Positions 36,062-44,802 of a DNA stretch of 48,981 nucleotides are shown here, in pieces. Each line of letters opens with the position of its first letter. The first letter of the stretch is position 1. The DNA comes from Vulcanimicrobiaceae bacterium (GTDB lineage: Bacteria; Vulcanimicrobiota; Vulcanimicrobiia; Vulcanimicrobiales; Vulcanimicrobiaceae): positions 1 through 48,981 of the forward strand of contig DASSZL010000318.1 of NCBI GenBank assembly GCA_035713505.1. Reading direction: 5' to 3'. The notes below the pieces were generated by a model. It had not been told where the DNA came from. It ran no database searches and worked only from the letters and a program-made list of their open reading frames with translations. The translations under genes and the position numbers were made by a program.

Positions 36062-37161
36062 TGCTGGCACACGAAGCGTTCGCATTAGAAGTACGCGTTG
36101 AGCGGTTGGGACTGGTTCTCGAACCGAGCGGCGAGGACTCCGAAGCCGAAGGCACGCTCAATCCCGCGTCCGCGCGCAGCCGCAGCGGCGAGCTTTTGCT
36201 TTATCCGCGCGATGTCGCCCGCGGCAACATTTCGCGCGTGGGCCTGGTGAAAGGCCTGCCGAACGGCGATCGGTTCATGTTTGCGCGCGACGGATTCGCG
36301 CTCGAACCCGATGCGGCGTACGAATTGCGCCCGCATCCGGGTTACGGCTGCGAAGATCCGCGCGTCACGTTCGTTCCCGTGCTCGATCAGTACGTCATGG
36401 CGTACACCGCGTTCGGTCCGCAAGGGCCGCGCATCGCGATCGCGCTTTCGGACGACGGGTATGCGTGGAAGCGCATCGGTTTGCTGCATTTCGACAAGCC
36501 GGGCATGCACATCGGCGACGACAAAGACGCCGCGTTTTTTCCCGAGCCCGTCCTCTCGCCCACCGGCGTGAAGTCGCTTGCGTTCTATCATCGCCCGATG
36601 CTGCATCTCTCGGCGGTCGACGGACGCGCGGCGATTCCGATGATCGAGCGCATGCCGTTCGCGGATCGCGAGTCGATACGCATGGCGTACATTCCGCTCG
36701 AGCCGGTGCTGCGGGATCGTCAAAACATTCTGGACGTATGCGAAAGCGTGCTCGTCATGTCGCCCAACAACGACTGGGGTTCGCTCAAACTCGGAGCGGG
36801 AACGCCTCCGGTGCGCATCGCCGAAGGATGGATGTCGCTGTATCACGCGGTGGACGTGCTCGATCATCGCACGAGCAAGCCCAAGCTCAAATACAGCGCG
36901 GGCGTCATGATTCACGATCTCGAGCAGCCGCACAAGATCATCTACCGCTCGCCGCAGCCCGTGCTCTCGCCTCAGGCCGACGCGGAACTGCGCGGAATCG
37001 TGGACAACGTCGTGTTTCCGACGGGGATAGATCCGCGCCCGGATGTGGGACCGCGCACGTTCGACTTCTATTACGGGATGGCGGACTGGTCCATCGGAGC
37101 GGCGCGCCTGGTTCTCGGGGAGACCGAAGGCGTGCGCGAACCGGCCGAAAGCGCTGCTTAG
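36061..37161 (+). CDS. GH130-family glycoside phosphorylase/hydrolase (DUF377-type)
   Basis: GTLNPASA..., GCEDPRVTFV...YVMAYTAF, GAGTPPVRI and LYHAVD. The ATG shares a base with the alr TGA (TGATG at 36059-36063). Confidence 0.8.
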   Translation: MLAHEAFALEVRVERLGLVLEPSGEDSEAEGTLNPASARSRSGELLLYPRDVARGNISRVGLVKGLPNGDRFMFARDGFALEPDAAYELRPHPGYGCEDPRVTFVPVLDQYVMAYTAFGPQGPRIAIALSDDGYAWKRIGLLHFDKPGMHIGDDKDAAFFPEPVLSPTGVKSLAFYHRPMLHLSAVDGRAAIPMIERMPFADRESIRMAYIPLEPVLRDRQNILDVCESVLVMSPNNDWGSLKLGAGTPPVRIAEGWMSLYHAVDVLDHRTSKPKLKYSAGVMIHDLEQPHKIIYRSPQPVLSPQADAELRGIVDNVVFPTGIDPRPDVGPRTFDFYYGMADWSIGAARLVLGETEGVREPAESAA

Positions 37162-37651
37162 ATACCTCGCCGTTTCGGCGATCATCGTCGTAACGGCGTT
37201 CCTCATCGTCGGCGTGTATTGGAATCGCGAGCAGCTTGCGATCCGGATCAAGTCGGTATTCGTGCGGGTTCCGCCGAAAGCGGCGCAAACGCAGCCGCCG
37301 TCGAAGCGGGAGGCGGGCGCTTTTATCGCCGACGCAGGCTGGGCGCTCTCCGTACTGCCGGAATGCTTCACGCAAACGAGCAAGTCGACGGGGCCGCTCA
37401 AATACGTGCTCGCAAATTTGCCGGCCGGCTCGTCGATGCTGCGCCCGGGCACTACGGTGAACAGCGCGGATTGCACGGTGTCGGTCAGCGCCGACTCGGT
37501 CACGGTAACGCGCGGAAGCGATAAACTGCGCGTACCGCCAATCGCGCGGCTGTATCAGTCGCCGAACCGGCTCGCACTTCTGCGCGGCGCGGACAATGGA
37601 TTTGAGTTGCGCGTTTATGCGACCGTTGCGGCGCCCTCGGGGAGCAAATAA
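37043..37651 (+). CDS. membrane-anchored hypothetical protein (start uncertain)
   Basis: TM LAVSAIIVVTAFLIVGVYW followed by a ~140-aa soluble domain. The only canonical in-frame start is ATG 37043, which overlaps GH130 by 119 nt. Confidence 0.45.
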   Translation: MWDRARSTSITGWRTGPSERRAWFSGRPKACANRPKALLRYLAVSAIIVVTAFLIVGVYWNREQLAIRIKSVFVRVPPKAAQTQPPSKREAGAFIADAGWALSVLPECFTQTSKSTGPLKYVLANLPAGSSMLRPGTTVNSADCTVSVSADSVTVTRGSDKLRVPPIARLYQSPNRLALLRGADNGFELRVYATVAAPSGSK

Positions 37652-37735
37652 ATTGAGAAAACATCTAGGCGCCATGAGATCATGGCGGCCCCGCGAAGTG
37701 GGGGGCGCGCAGGCTAGGCCGAAGCGCCTTTTTAA

Positions 37736-39328
37736 ATGATAGACGAAGAAGTGCGAAAGCGGCGGACGTTTGCGATTATTTCGCATCCGGACGCCGGCAA
37801 AACGACCCTCACGGAAAAACTCTTGCTGTACGGCGGCGCGATCCAAACCGCCGGCCAGGTTTCCGCGCGCCGTGCGCAGCGAGCCGCGACCAGCGACTGG
37901 ATGGAGCTCGAGAAGCAGCGCGGCATCTCGATCACCTCGACCGTGCTGCAGTTTCCGTACGAAGGCTTCACGATCAATCTGCTCGATACGCCTGGCCACC
38001 AAGATTTCGGCGAGGACACGTACCGAACGCTGCTGGCCGCGGATAGCGCCGTGATGCTCATCGACGCCGCCAAGGGCGTCGAGCCGCAGACGAAAAAACT
38101 CTTCGCGATCTGCCGCGCGCGCCGCATTCCGCTCTTCACGTTCATCAACAAGATGGATCGCCCGAGCCGCGATCCGCTCGAGTTGCTGGACGAACTGGAG
38201 AACGTGCTCGGGATCGGCGCGTTTCCGATGAACTGGCCCCTGGGCAATGGTCCCTCGTTCAAAGGCGTCTACGATCGCAACACGCGCGAAGTACATTTGT
38301 TCGAGCGCAGCGCCCACGGCGCCAAGCGCGCGAGGGAACAGGTCGCCGACGTGAACGATCCGCTGATTCATTCGCTGCTCGACGAACAGTCGTATCGCGA
38401 ATTTCGCGAGGGCCTCGAACTGCTCGAAGGCGCCGGCGCCGATTTCGAACATGACGCGATGCTGCGCGGCGAGGTGACGCCGGTGTTTTTCGGCAGCGCC
38501 GTCACGAACTTCGGCGTGCAGCTCTTCCTCGACAACTTCGTACGAATGGCGCCGCCCCCGGCGGCGCGCGCGGGCGTCGAGCCTACCCGCGAAGAATTCT
38601 CCGGCTTCGTCTTCAAGATTCAGGCGAACATGGATCCGCGCCATCGCGACCGCGTGGCGTTCGTGCGGGTGTGTTCCGGTAAATTCGAGCGCGACATGAC
38701 CGTGCGCAACGTGCGCACGGGCAAAGACGTGCGCCTCTCCCGGGCGATGCGTCTGTTCGCGAGCGAGCGAGAATCGCTCGATGCCGCGTACGCCGGCGAC
38801 GTGGTAGGCCTGGCGAACCCCGGCGTCTTCGCGATCGGCGATACGATCTGCGAAGGAAAACCGGTGCAGTTCGAACCGATTCCCGCGTTCGCGCCCGAGC
38901 ATTTCGCATCGGTGCGCAGCATCGACACCGGTACGTACAAGTCGTTCGGAAAAGGCATCGCGCAATTGCGTGAAGAGGGCGCGATCCAAGTGCTGTATCC
39001 GTACGGATCCATGCGCACCGAACCCATTCTCGCCGCGGTCGGCGCTCTGCAGTTCGAAGTCGTGAAATACCGCCTGGAATCCGAATACAACGTGAAAACG
39101 ATTTTCACGTCGCTGCCGTACAGCGTCGCGCGGCACGTCATCGGCGAACGTGAACTCATCGGCGGCGCCAAATTGCCTTCCAACGCGAAACTCGTCGAAG
39201 ACTGGGACGGCCGCCCCATCGCGCTGTTCGAGTCCGAATGGTCCCTGCGTTTGGGAGAAGAGTGGAACCCCAAACTGCGCTTCACGGAGACGAATGAAGA
39301 GATTACTGTTCCTGCTGGCGGCATGTAG
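37736..39328 (+). CDS. prfC: peptide chain release factor 3
   Basis: [36 protein letters not shown] and NKMD. 530 aa. Confidence 0.95.
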   Translation: MIDEEVRKRRTFAIISHPDAGKTTLTEKLLLYGGAIQTAGQVSARRAQRAATSDWMELEKQRGISITSTVLQFPYEGFTINLLDTPGHQDFGEDTYRTLLAADSAVMLIDAAKGVEPQTKKLFAICRARRIPLFTFINKMDRPSRDPLELLDELENVLGIGAFPMNWPLGNGPSFKGVYDRNTREVHLFERSAHGAKRAREQVADVNDPLIHSLLDEQSYREFREGLELLEGAGADFEHDAMLRGEVTPVFFGSAVTNFGVQLFLDNFVRMAPPPAARAGVEPTREEFSGFVFKIQANMDPRHRDRVAFVRVCSGKFERDMTVRNVRTGKDVRLSRAMRLFASERESLDAAYAGDVVGLANPGVFAIGDTICEGKPVQFEPIPAFAPEHFASVRSIDTGTYKSFGKGIAQLREEGAIQVLYPYGSMRTEPILAAVGALQFEVVKYRLESEYNVKTIFTSLPYSVARHVIGERELIGGAKLPSNAKLVEDWDGRPIALFESEWSLRLGEEWNPKLRFTETNEEITVPAGGM

Positions 39329-39662
39329 TATCGCGGGGTGTTCCTACCAGAACGCGCATGAGCGCGTTGCCGACTCCCTGACGCGCGCGGTGATCGCAAA
39401 CGATCTCTCGCCGGTCATGAACCGGTTGGCTCCGGGCATCGAAGGCGAACTCACGCGCGTGCGCGTCGCCGAACTTTCCGATCAACTCAATGCGCAGGGA
39501 GCGTACCGGGGCCTGCATCAAACGTCCGGCTCGTGGTGCCCGCGGAGCACCCTGTGTTTTGACGTGCAGTTCGAAAAGGCGCCGTTCCACGAGATCATGA
39601 AACTTGCCAAAGACGGAAAGGTGACGTACTGGTGGATACGCGCGGCACGCAAACAATCATAA
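39294..39662 (+). CDS. small lipoprotein, function unknown
   Basis: [17 protein letters not shown] has a signal peptide and lipobox. Overlaps the prfC 3' end by 35 nt. Confidence 0.6.
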   Translation: MKRLLFLLAACSIAGCSYQNAHERVADSLTRAVIANDLSPVMNRLAPGIEGELTRVRVAELSDQLNAQGAYRGLHQTSGSWCPRSTLCFDVQFEKAPFHEIMKLAKDGKVTYWWIRAARKQS

Positions 39663-40609
39663 CGATAGAAGACGTAAGGGCGGCCGCGCGCCGTTTGGAC
39701 GGCATAGCGCATCGCACGCCGGTCATGACCTCACGAACGCTCAGCGGTCGCGCGGGCGGCGAGATTTTCCTAAAATGCGAGAACTTTCAGCGCATGGGCG
39801 CCTTCAAGTTTCGCGGCGCCTACAATCGCATCGTGCAGCTCGACGGCGTGCAGCGGCGCGCGGGCGTCGTGGCATTCTCCAGCGGCAATCACGCGCAGGG
39901 CGTCGCGCTCGCGAGCAAACTGCTCGGCGTTCCCGCGGTCATCGTGATGCCCGAAGACGCGCCCAAATCGAAGATCGCGGCAACGCAAGAATACGGCGCG
40001 GAGGTCGTGTTCTACGACCGCCATCGATCGCATCGTGCCGAGATCGCGCAAAAAATTTGCGACGAGCGCGGCGCCGTGCTCGTGCCGCCGTTCAACGATC
40101 CCGATATCATCGCCGGAGCCGGTACGGCCGCGCTCGAGCTGCTCGAGGACGTTCCGGAAATCGACGCGCTGATTACGCCGGTCGGCGGCGGCGGGCTGCT
40201 TTCCGGCAGCGCCGTCGCGGCGCACGGCTCAAATTCGCAGATCGTGATGTACGGCGTCGAGCCCGAGGCCGGCAACGATTTTCAGCAGTCGATGCAGCGC
40301 AACGAAATCGTGCACATCGACGTGCCGCGCACCATCGCGGACGGGTTGCAGACGCAGGCGCCGGGCGAGTTGACGTTTGCGACGGTGCGCGCGCATCACG
40401 GGACCATCGTCACCGTGAGCGATCGGGAGCTCATCGATGCCATGCGCTTTGCATTCGAACGCATGAAGATCGTCATCGAACCCAGCGGCGCCGCCGGCCT
40501 GGCCGCCGTCATGAGCGGCAAAATCGACGCGTCCCGCAAACGCATCGGCATCGTCATCAGCGGCGGCAACGTCGATCTCGAGCGCTTCTCCGAACTTTTG
40601 TCATCCTAA
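39632..40609 (+). CDS. PLP-dependent threonine/serine dehydratase (serine-racemase-like, fold type II)
   Basis: FLKCENFQRMGAFKFRGAYN (PLP Lys), SSGNHAQGVA and GGGGLLSG. The GTG start at 39632 is uncertain. Confidence 0.88.
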   Translation: MDTRGTQTIITIEDVRAAARRLDGIAHRTPVMTSRTLSGRAGGEIFLKCENFQRMGAFKFRGAYNRIVQLDGVQRRAGVVAFSSGNHAQGVALASKLLGVPAVIVMPEDAPKSKIAATQEYGAEVVFYDRHRSHRAEIAQKICDERGAVLVPPFNDPDIIAGAGTAALELLEDVPEIDALITPVGGGGLLSGSAVAAHGSNSQIVMYGVEPEAGNDFQQSMQRNEIVHIDVPRTIADGLQTQAPGELTFATVRAHHGTIVTVSDRELIDAMRFAFERMKIVIEPSGAAGLAAVMSGKIDASRKRIGIVISGGNVDLERFSELLSS

Positions 40610-40645
40610 AGGCGGCCTCTTCCGTCTTAACGCGACCTCAGACCG

Positions 40646-41914
40646 GTGTGGTACCCTATAGCCATGTTTGCCCGCCGACACTGGATACCGCCGGCTGCGC
40701 TCGTCTATGCGCATTTGGCCCATGGCTTCTCCTGGGTGCTGCTCCTGTGGGCCGCGTGGTCCGCGAATACGAGCCACGGCTACGTGGGCTTTGCCTGGAT
40801 TCACACCGTCGCGCTGGCCTGGGTGACCATGGCCGCGTTTGCGGTGCTCATCCACGCGATGCCGAACTTCGTGGACGTCGAGTGGCGCGGCGAGAGCATC
40901 GCCCGCTGGTCGCTCGTCGCATTCGGCGTTGGCGCGGCGCTGATGATTTATGGCTTCCTCGCCAACCCGCGTCTGATCGGCGGAGGCGGCGATCTGCTGT
41001 TCGCGGCGATCCTCGTGTACTTGGCGACGGCGTTTTGGACGTTGTCGGTCGCGATGCGCGGCGAGCGCGTGCAGCGCGCGGTCGCGCGGGCATTCAGCGG
41101 AACGTTTTTCTTTCTGCTTGCAACCGCCGTCATCGGCTATGGCCTTGCCGGCATGCTCGCCGGGCGCGGGGTCATGTGGGCTGCGTCGCTTCCCGCGGCG
41201 CATGCGACGCTGGGAACGCTGGGCTGGCTCTGCCTGCTCATCTTCGGCGTCTCGATGCGCACGCTGCGGCCGATCGCCGGCGCGCAAACGCGTTTTCGCT
41301 GGATGCACATCGTCGTCGGATCGTTCACGCTGCTCGGCGTGCCGCTGCTCGCCGCGGGGCTCGCGATACATAACGGCGTGCTCGCGTGGGTGGGTGCGGC
41401 CTTCTTTGCGATCGCGGCGCTGGGCTACGCGTTCGACGTATTCGATATTCTGCGCCGCGCGCAGGTCTCGCATCGCGCGCCGCAGGCCTTCGTCGCCGCC
41501 GCCGTGCTTTGGTTTTTGGCGGCGCTCGCAATCGGCGGATGCACGCTTGCGGGCGGCAATCCGTGGGAAAACGCGTACATCTTCGCACTGCTTGCAGGGT
41601 GGATTGGCCAGATGGTGCTCGCGCACTTCCATCACATCGGCGTGCGGCTCATCGCGACGATGTATCGCGGGGAAGAGGACGAGACGGGCCCGCAGGAACT
41701 GCTCGAACCGCGCCTGTCATGGTTCACATTCGGCGCATTTCAAATTGCCGTTGCGCTGGTCGTTATCGGCCTGCTGGACGATCGCTTCGGCCTTATTGCG
41801 CGCGGTGCGGTCTTCGGCATCAGCGGCTGGATCGCGATGACCGCGAACATTCTCGCCGCTCGCGCCCGGGCCAAAGTGCTGCCCAAGACGGTGAGCCTAC
41901 TCGGTCGCGAATGA
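40646..41914 (+). CDS. 12-TM His-containing membrane protein, NnrS-like (tentative)
   Basis: About 12 hydrophobic segments. WIHTVALAWVTMAAFAVLIHAMPNF and AAHATLGTLGWLCLLIFGVSMRTL resemble the two NnrS His-containing repeats, from memory only. Confidence 0.55.
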   Translation: MWYPIAMFARRHWIPPAALVYAHLAHGFSWVLLLWAAWSANTSHGYVGFAWIHTVALAWVTMAAFAVLIHAMPNFVDVEWRGESIARWSLVAFGVGAALMIYGFLANPRLIGGGGDLLFAAILVYLATAFWTLSVAMRGERVQRAVARAFSGTFFFLLATAVIGYGLAGMLAGRGVMWAASLPAAHATLGTLGWLCLLIFGVSMRTLRPIAGAQTRFRWMHIVVGSFTLLGVPLLAAGLAIHNGVLAWVGAAFFAIAALGYAFDVFDILRRAQVSHRAPQAFVAAAVLWFLAALAIGGCTLAGGNPWENAYIFALLAGWIGQMVLAHFHHIGVRLIATMYRGEEDETGPQELLEPRLSWFTFGAFQIAVALVVIGLLDDRFGLIARGAVFGISGWIAMTANILAARARAKVLPKTVSLLGRE

Positions 41915-42316
41915 AACGTCCGGAACGCCGCCGGCCTTCGCGGCATCCAGGACGCGCATAATCGCGCCGTACGGCGCCTTCGCATCCGCGTAGAGCGTCA
42001 CGGCAGCGCGCGGCAATTGCGCGTGGATGCGGGCAAGTACCGGATAGATCCGCGTCACGCTCGTCGATTCACCGTTCACGAAAATGCCGCCGCGCTGCGT
42101 GACGACGACCGCGATATGCTGCGAGGTTTTGGTCAGCGGCGAACCGCACGCGCACGGCGCGAATTGCCGTTCAAAGCCCGGCGGTATCGCCAGGGACGCC
42201 AGAATCATGAAGATGATGAGGAGCACGAGCAGCACGTCGGTAAACGGCGTGATGTTGATTTCGGACAGGACGGCCGTGTCCGAGGTGCGTGCCTGGTCCT
42301 CTCGAAGCATGCTCAT
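41897..42316 (-). CDS. exbD: ExbD/TolR-family biopolymer transport protein
   Basis: EINITPFTDVLLVLLIIFMI plus a periplasmic domain. Start is ATG 42316, ATG 42310 or TTG 42355. Confidence 0.85.
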   Translation of the reverse strand: MSMLREDQARTSDTAVLSEINITPFTDVLLVLLIIFMILASLAIPPGFERQFAPCACGSPLTKTSQHIAVVVTQRGGIFVNGESTSVTRIYPVLARIHAQLPRAAVTLYADAKAPYGAIMRVLDAAKAGGVPDVSFATE

Positions 42317-42372
42317 GCCCGTGAAACGCGCCGCAAGTGCCGGCGTGACGCGCAAGCGGGTAAAAGCCGGGC

Positions 42373-42906
42373 ATGAAAAGATGGTTCACCGTGGCCTGGG
42401 CGTTGGTGCTCGTGCTCACGGGATGCAGCGCCGCGCAGCAGCGCAGCGCTTCCAGTACGGCAAACGCCGCGTATTTGGTGACGGCGGTCGGAACAAAACT
42501 TGCGGCCGTCGACGTGGATGCGGTAACGCAGGTGCACATCGCCGCGAATCGCGGCGTCGTCACGCTTTCCGGGCAGGCCCACAGCGCCCAGGAGCGCCTT
42601 CGTTACGAGAACGCCGCGAAATCCGTGAACGGCGTAACGGGCGTGCGAAATGAACTGACGGTGAATCCGCACGCCGAGGGATTGCGCGGCCAGGCAACCG
42701 ACGCGGCGCTGACGGCTCGCATCTCCGCGGCCATCGCCGGTCAAGCGGGCGTGAACGCATTTCACGTGCGGCCGTCGGTGCATCGGGGCAACGTGACTCT
42801 TAGCGGCACGGCGAGCAGCGAGTCCGTGCATCAGACGATTCTTCAAACGGTACGAGCGGTTCCCGGTGTCAAGAGTGTGACGGACCGGATAACCATAACC
42901 CCTTGA
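42373..42906 (+). CDS. lipoprotein with two BON domains (OsmY-like)
   Basis: Lipobox VLTGC. Two repeats of the type VTLSGQAHS...VNGVTGVRNEL and VTLSGTASS...VPGVKSVTDRI. Confidence 0.85.
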   Translation: MKRWFTVAWALVLVLTGCSAAQQRSASSTANAAYLVTAVGTKLAAVDVDAVTQVHIAANRGVVTLSGQAHSAQERLRYENAAKSVNGVTGVRNELTVNPHAEGLRGQATDAALTARISAAIAGQAGVNAFHVRPSVHRGNVTLSGTASSESVHQTILQTVRAVPGVKSVTDRITITP

Positions 42907-42913
42907 AAAGCGC

Positions 42914-42937
42914 GACGGCCGCTTTGCGGCGGCCGTC
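42914..42937. terminator. GC-rich hairpin between convergent genes
   Basis: GACGGCCGC-tttgcg-GCGGCCGTC. On the minus strand it is followed by GCGCTTTTC, so it most plausibly terminates the SPW-repeat gene. Confidence 0.5.
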
Positions 42938-42952
42938 GTAGGAGCGAGGCGG

Positions 42953-43336
42953 TTATGTTCGCAAATGCGTTTGCGCCGGGGGTTGTACTTCGTGCGTCAC
43001 GTGCATGCGTTCGTCGGAAAGCGCGACCAGCGCGGTCACGATGCTCAGCACGCCCAAGACGATCGCGCTCCAGATCAGCGTCAGATTCATCGACACGATA
43101 CCGGTTGAAATAAACAGCCAGATGCCCGCCAGGATATTGATCAGCGGCCAGTAGCCCATGCGCGAGGTCTTCGCGTACGTCGCCATCTCGACGATTGCGA
43201 CGATGCCGATGATGAACCCCGTGATCACCAAATCCCACTTCGCGCCGTAAGAATTCGGCACCGCGACGAAGGGCGAAATAATCGTCAGGACCCCGACGGC
43301 CACGTTCACCCAGGGTACGCGATTCGGAATTTCCAT
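42953..43336 (-). CDS. SPW-repeat membrane protein
   Basis: WVNVAVGVLTIISPFV and WPLINILAGIWLFIS repeats, 4 TMs. Start set at ATG 43336, preceded by GGAGG 7 nt upstream. Confidence 0.75.
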   Translation of the reverse strand: MEIPNRVPWVNVAVGVLTIISPFVAVPNSYGAKWDLVITGFIIGIVAIVEMATYAKTSRMGYWPLINILAGIWLFISTGIVSMNLTLIWSAIVLGVLSIVTALVALSDERMHVTHEVQPPAQTHLRT

Positions 43337-43469
43337 GGGATACCTCCGGATAGTCTCGTACCCCAAGGCCTCCAGGTATCGGCGCGGCGTATGGTTGGAT
43401 GCGGCCATGTCGAAATCGAGCGCCGCCGTTCGACGTCCCTAATAGAACGAGATCCGAAGGGAGAAATCT

Positions 43470-43838
43470 ATGCGATTTGCGGTATTCGTGAGGGCCAACA
43501 AAGAGACCGAGGCAGGCGTGCTGCCCTCCGCCGAGCTGCTGGCCAAGATGGGGCAGTTCAACGACGAGCTCGTCAAAGCGGGCGTGATGCTCGCGGGCGA
43601 GGGCCTCCAAGCATCCTCGAAGGGCGCCCGGCTGCATTTTTCGGACGGCAACGCCACCGTCACGGACGGCCCTTTTGCCGAAACAAAAGAGCTCGTTGCG
43701 GGCTTTTGGATCGTGCAGGGCAAGTCAAAAGAAGAGATCGTCGAGCGCTTCAAACACGCGCCGATGCTTGACGGCGACGTGCTGGAGATCCGCCGGATTT
43801 TCGAAGCGGAAGACTTCGGCGAGAACGTTTTGTCATGA
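43470..43838 (+). CDS. YciI-like (DGPF-domain) protein
   Basis: MRFAVFVRANKETEAG...VTDGPFAETKELVAGFWIV. AGGGAG Shine-Dalgarno upstream. Confidence 0.8.
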   Translation: MRFAVFVRANKETEAGVLPSAELLAKMGQFNDELVKAGVMLAGEGLQASSKGARLHFSDGNATVTDGPFAETKELVAGFWIVQGKSKEEIVERFKHAPMLDGDVLEIRRIFEAEDFGENVLS

Positions 43839-44112
43839 GAGTGCTCTCGATTTGGTCGTTCGATCCGTCGACGAAACACCGCCGACGCCCGAGCAGATGC
43901 AGCGAATGGGCGCGCTGATTGCGGAACTCAAGCGCAGCGGCGTCCTCATCGACACCGGCGGCGCGATGGAAGGCGCGCTCGAACTGTGCTGCTCCCGAAA
44001 GAACGGCAAATACAGCGTCACCGGCGGTCCATTTGCCGAAGTCAAAGAGGTCGTGGGCGGCGACGTAGCGGGCGACGGCACGTGCGAGCAGCACGAAGTG
44101 GCCTCCGCTTAA
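43835..44112 (+). pseudogene. second YciI-like copy, apparently frameshifted and C-terminally truncated
   Basis: ATG 43835 (ATGA overlap) opens MRVLSIWSFDPSTK. The homologous continuation (ETPPTPEQMQRMGALIAELKRSGV...VTGGPFAEVKEVVGG) is in another frame and stops about 30 residues short of the paralog. An intact short gene from TTG 43852 cannot be excluded. Confidence 0.4.
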
Positions 44113-44177
44113 TCAAGTGAGCCAATTATGAGCATCGCCGGCGCCATGGCGTTCATCATAACGAATCCGCCGCCGGC

Positions 44178-44792
44178 TCAACTACCGCTCGGCTTTTGCT
44201 CCGCTCGTTCGCGTCCCATAAAGTAGAACTCTTCGTTCGGCCGCATGTCCATGACGCCGGCCATGCGGTTGGAGAAGCCGAAGAACCCCGCGATGGCGGC
44301 AATATCCCAGATGTCGTCATCGCTGAAGCCGGCCAAATGCAGCTCGTCGACTTCATGTTCGCTTGCCGCAAAGCCCGGCTCGTTCACGTGTGAGGCAAAC
44401 GCCAGCATCGCGCGCATGCGGGGTGAGATGTCGGCCGTACGCCAGTTATTCGCGATTTGCTCGGCGACGATGGGGTCTTTGCCCAGGATGCGCAGCGCCG
44501 CGCCGTGCGCGACCATGCAATATTGGCAGCGATTTTCCGAGGAAATCGCGACGACGATCGCTTCTCGCTCCAGGCGCGTGAGATTGCCCGGCCCCTTCAT
44601 GAGGACGTCGTGGTAGCCCATGAACGCGCGAAAATGCTCGGGACGGCGTGCGTACGCCCGAAAAACGTTTGGTATGAAGCCGAGTTTCTCGCGGTTTTTT
44701 TCGTAGATCTCGCGGATGTCGTCGGGGAGTTCGCTTTCGGGCGGTTCGCCGAAGCGAGAAACGCCGGTGCGGGTTTGCATGTGCTGTCGCAT
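44178..44792 (-). CDS. carboxymuconolactone decarboxylase (AhpD-like) family peroxidase-related protein
   Basis: SSENRCQYCMVAHGAAL CxxC-H motif. 204 aa with a duplicated CMD-like layout. Confidence 0.85.
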   Translation of the reverse strand: MRQHMQTRTGVSRFGEPPESELPDDIREIYEKNREKLGFIPNVFRAYARRPEHFRAFMGYHDVLMKGPGNLTRLEREAIVVAISSENRCQYCMVAHGAALRILGKDPIVAEQIANNWRTADISPRMRAMLAFASHVNEPGFAASEHEVDELHLAGFSDDDIWDIAAIAGFFGFSNRMAGVMDMRPNEEFYFMGRERAEQKPSGS

Positions 44793-44802
44793 GTTGCGAG
44801 GT

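Noticed and set aside
37704-37733. GGCGC...GCGCC stem followed by TTTTT just upstream of the prfC ATG, as a possible terminator of the preceding gene.
   Set aside because: The stem is only 5 bp with a 15-nt loop, so the structure is weak. It may simply be the AT-rich, Shine-Dalgarno-less initiation region of prfC.
44129-44230. 33-codon ORF (MSIAGAMAFIITNPPPAQ...) in and beyond the spacer after the YciI-like genes.
   Set aside because: It has no Shine-Dalgarno sequence, mostly overlaps the 3' end of the CMD-family gene on the other strand, and has no recognisable features.
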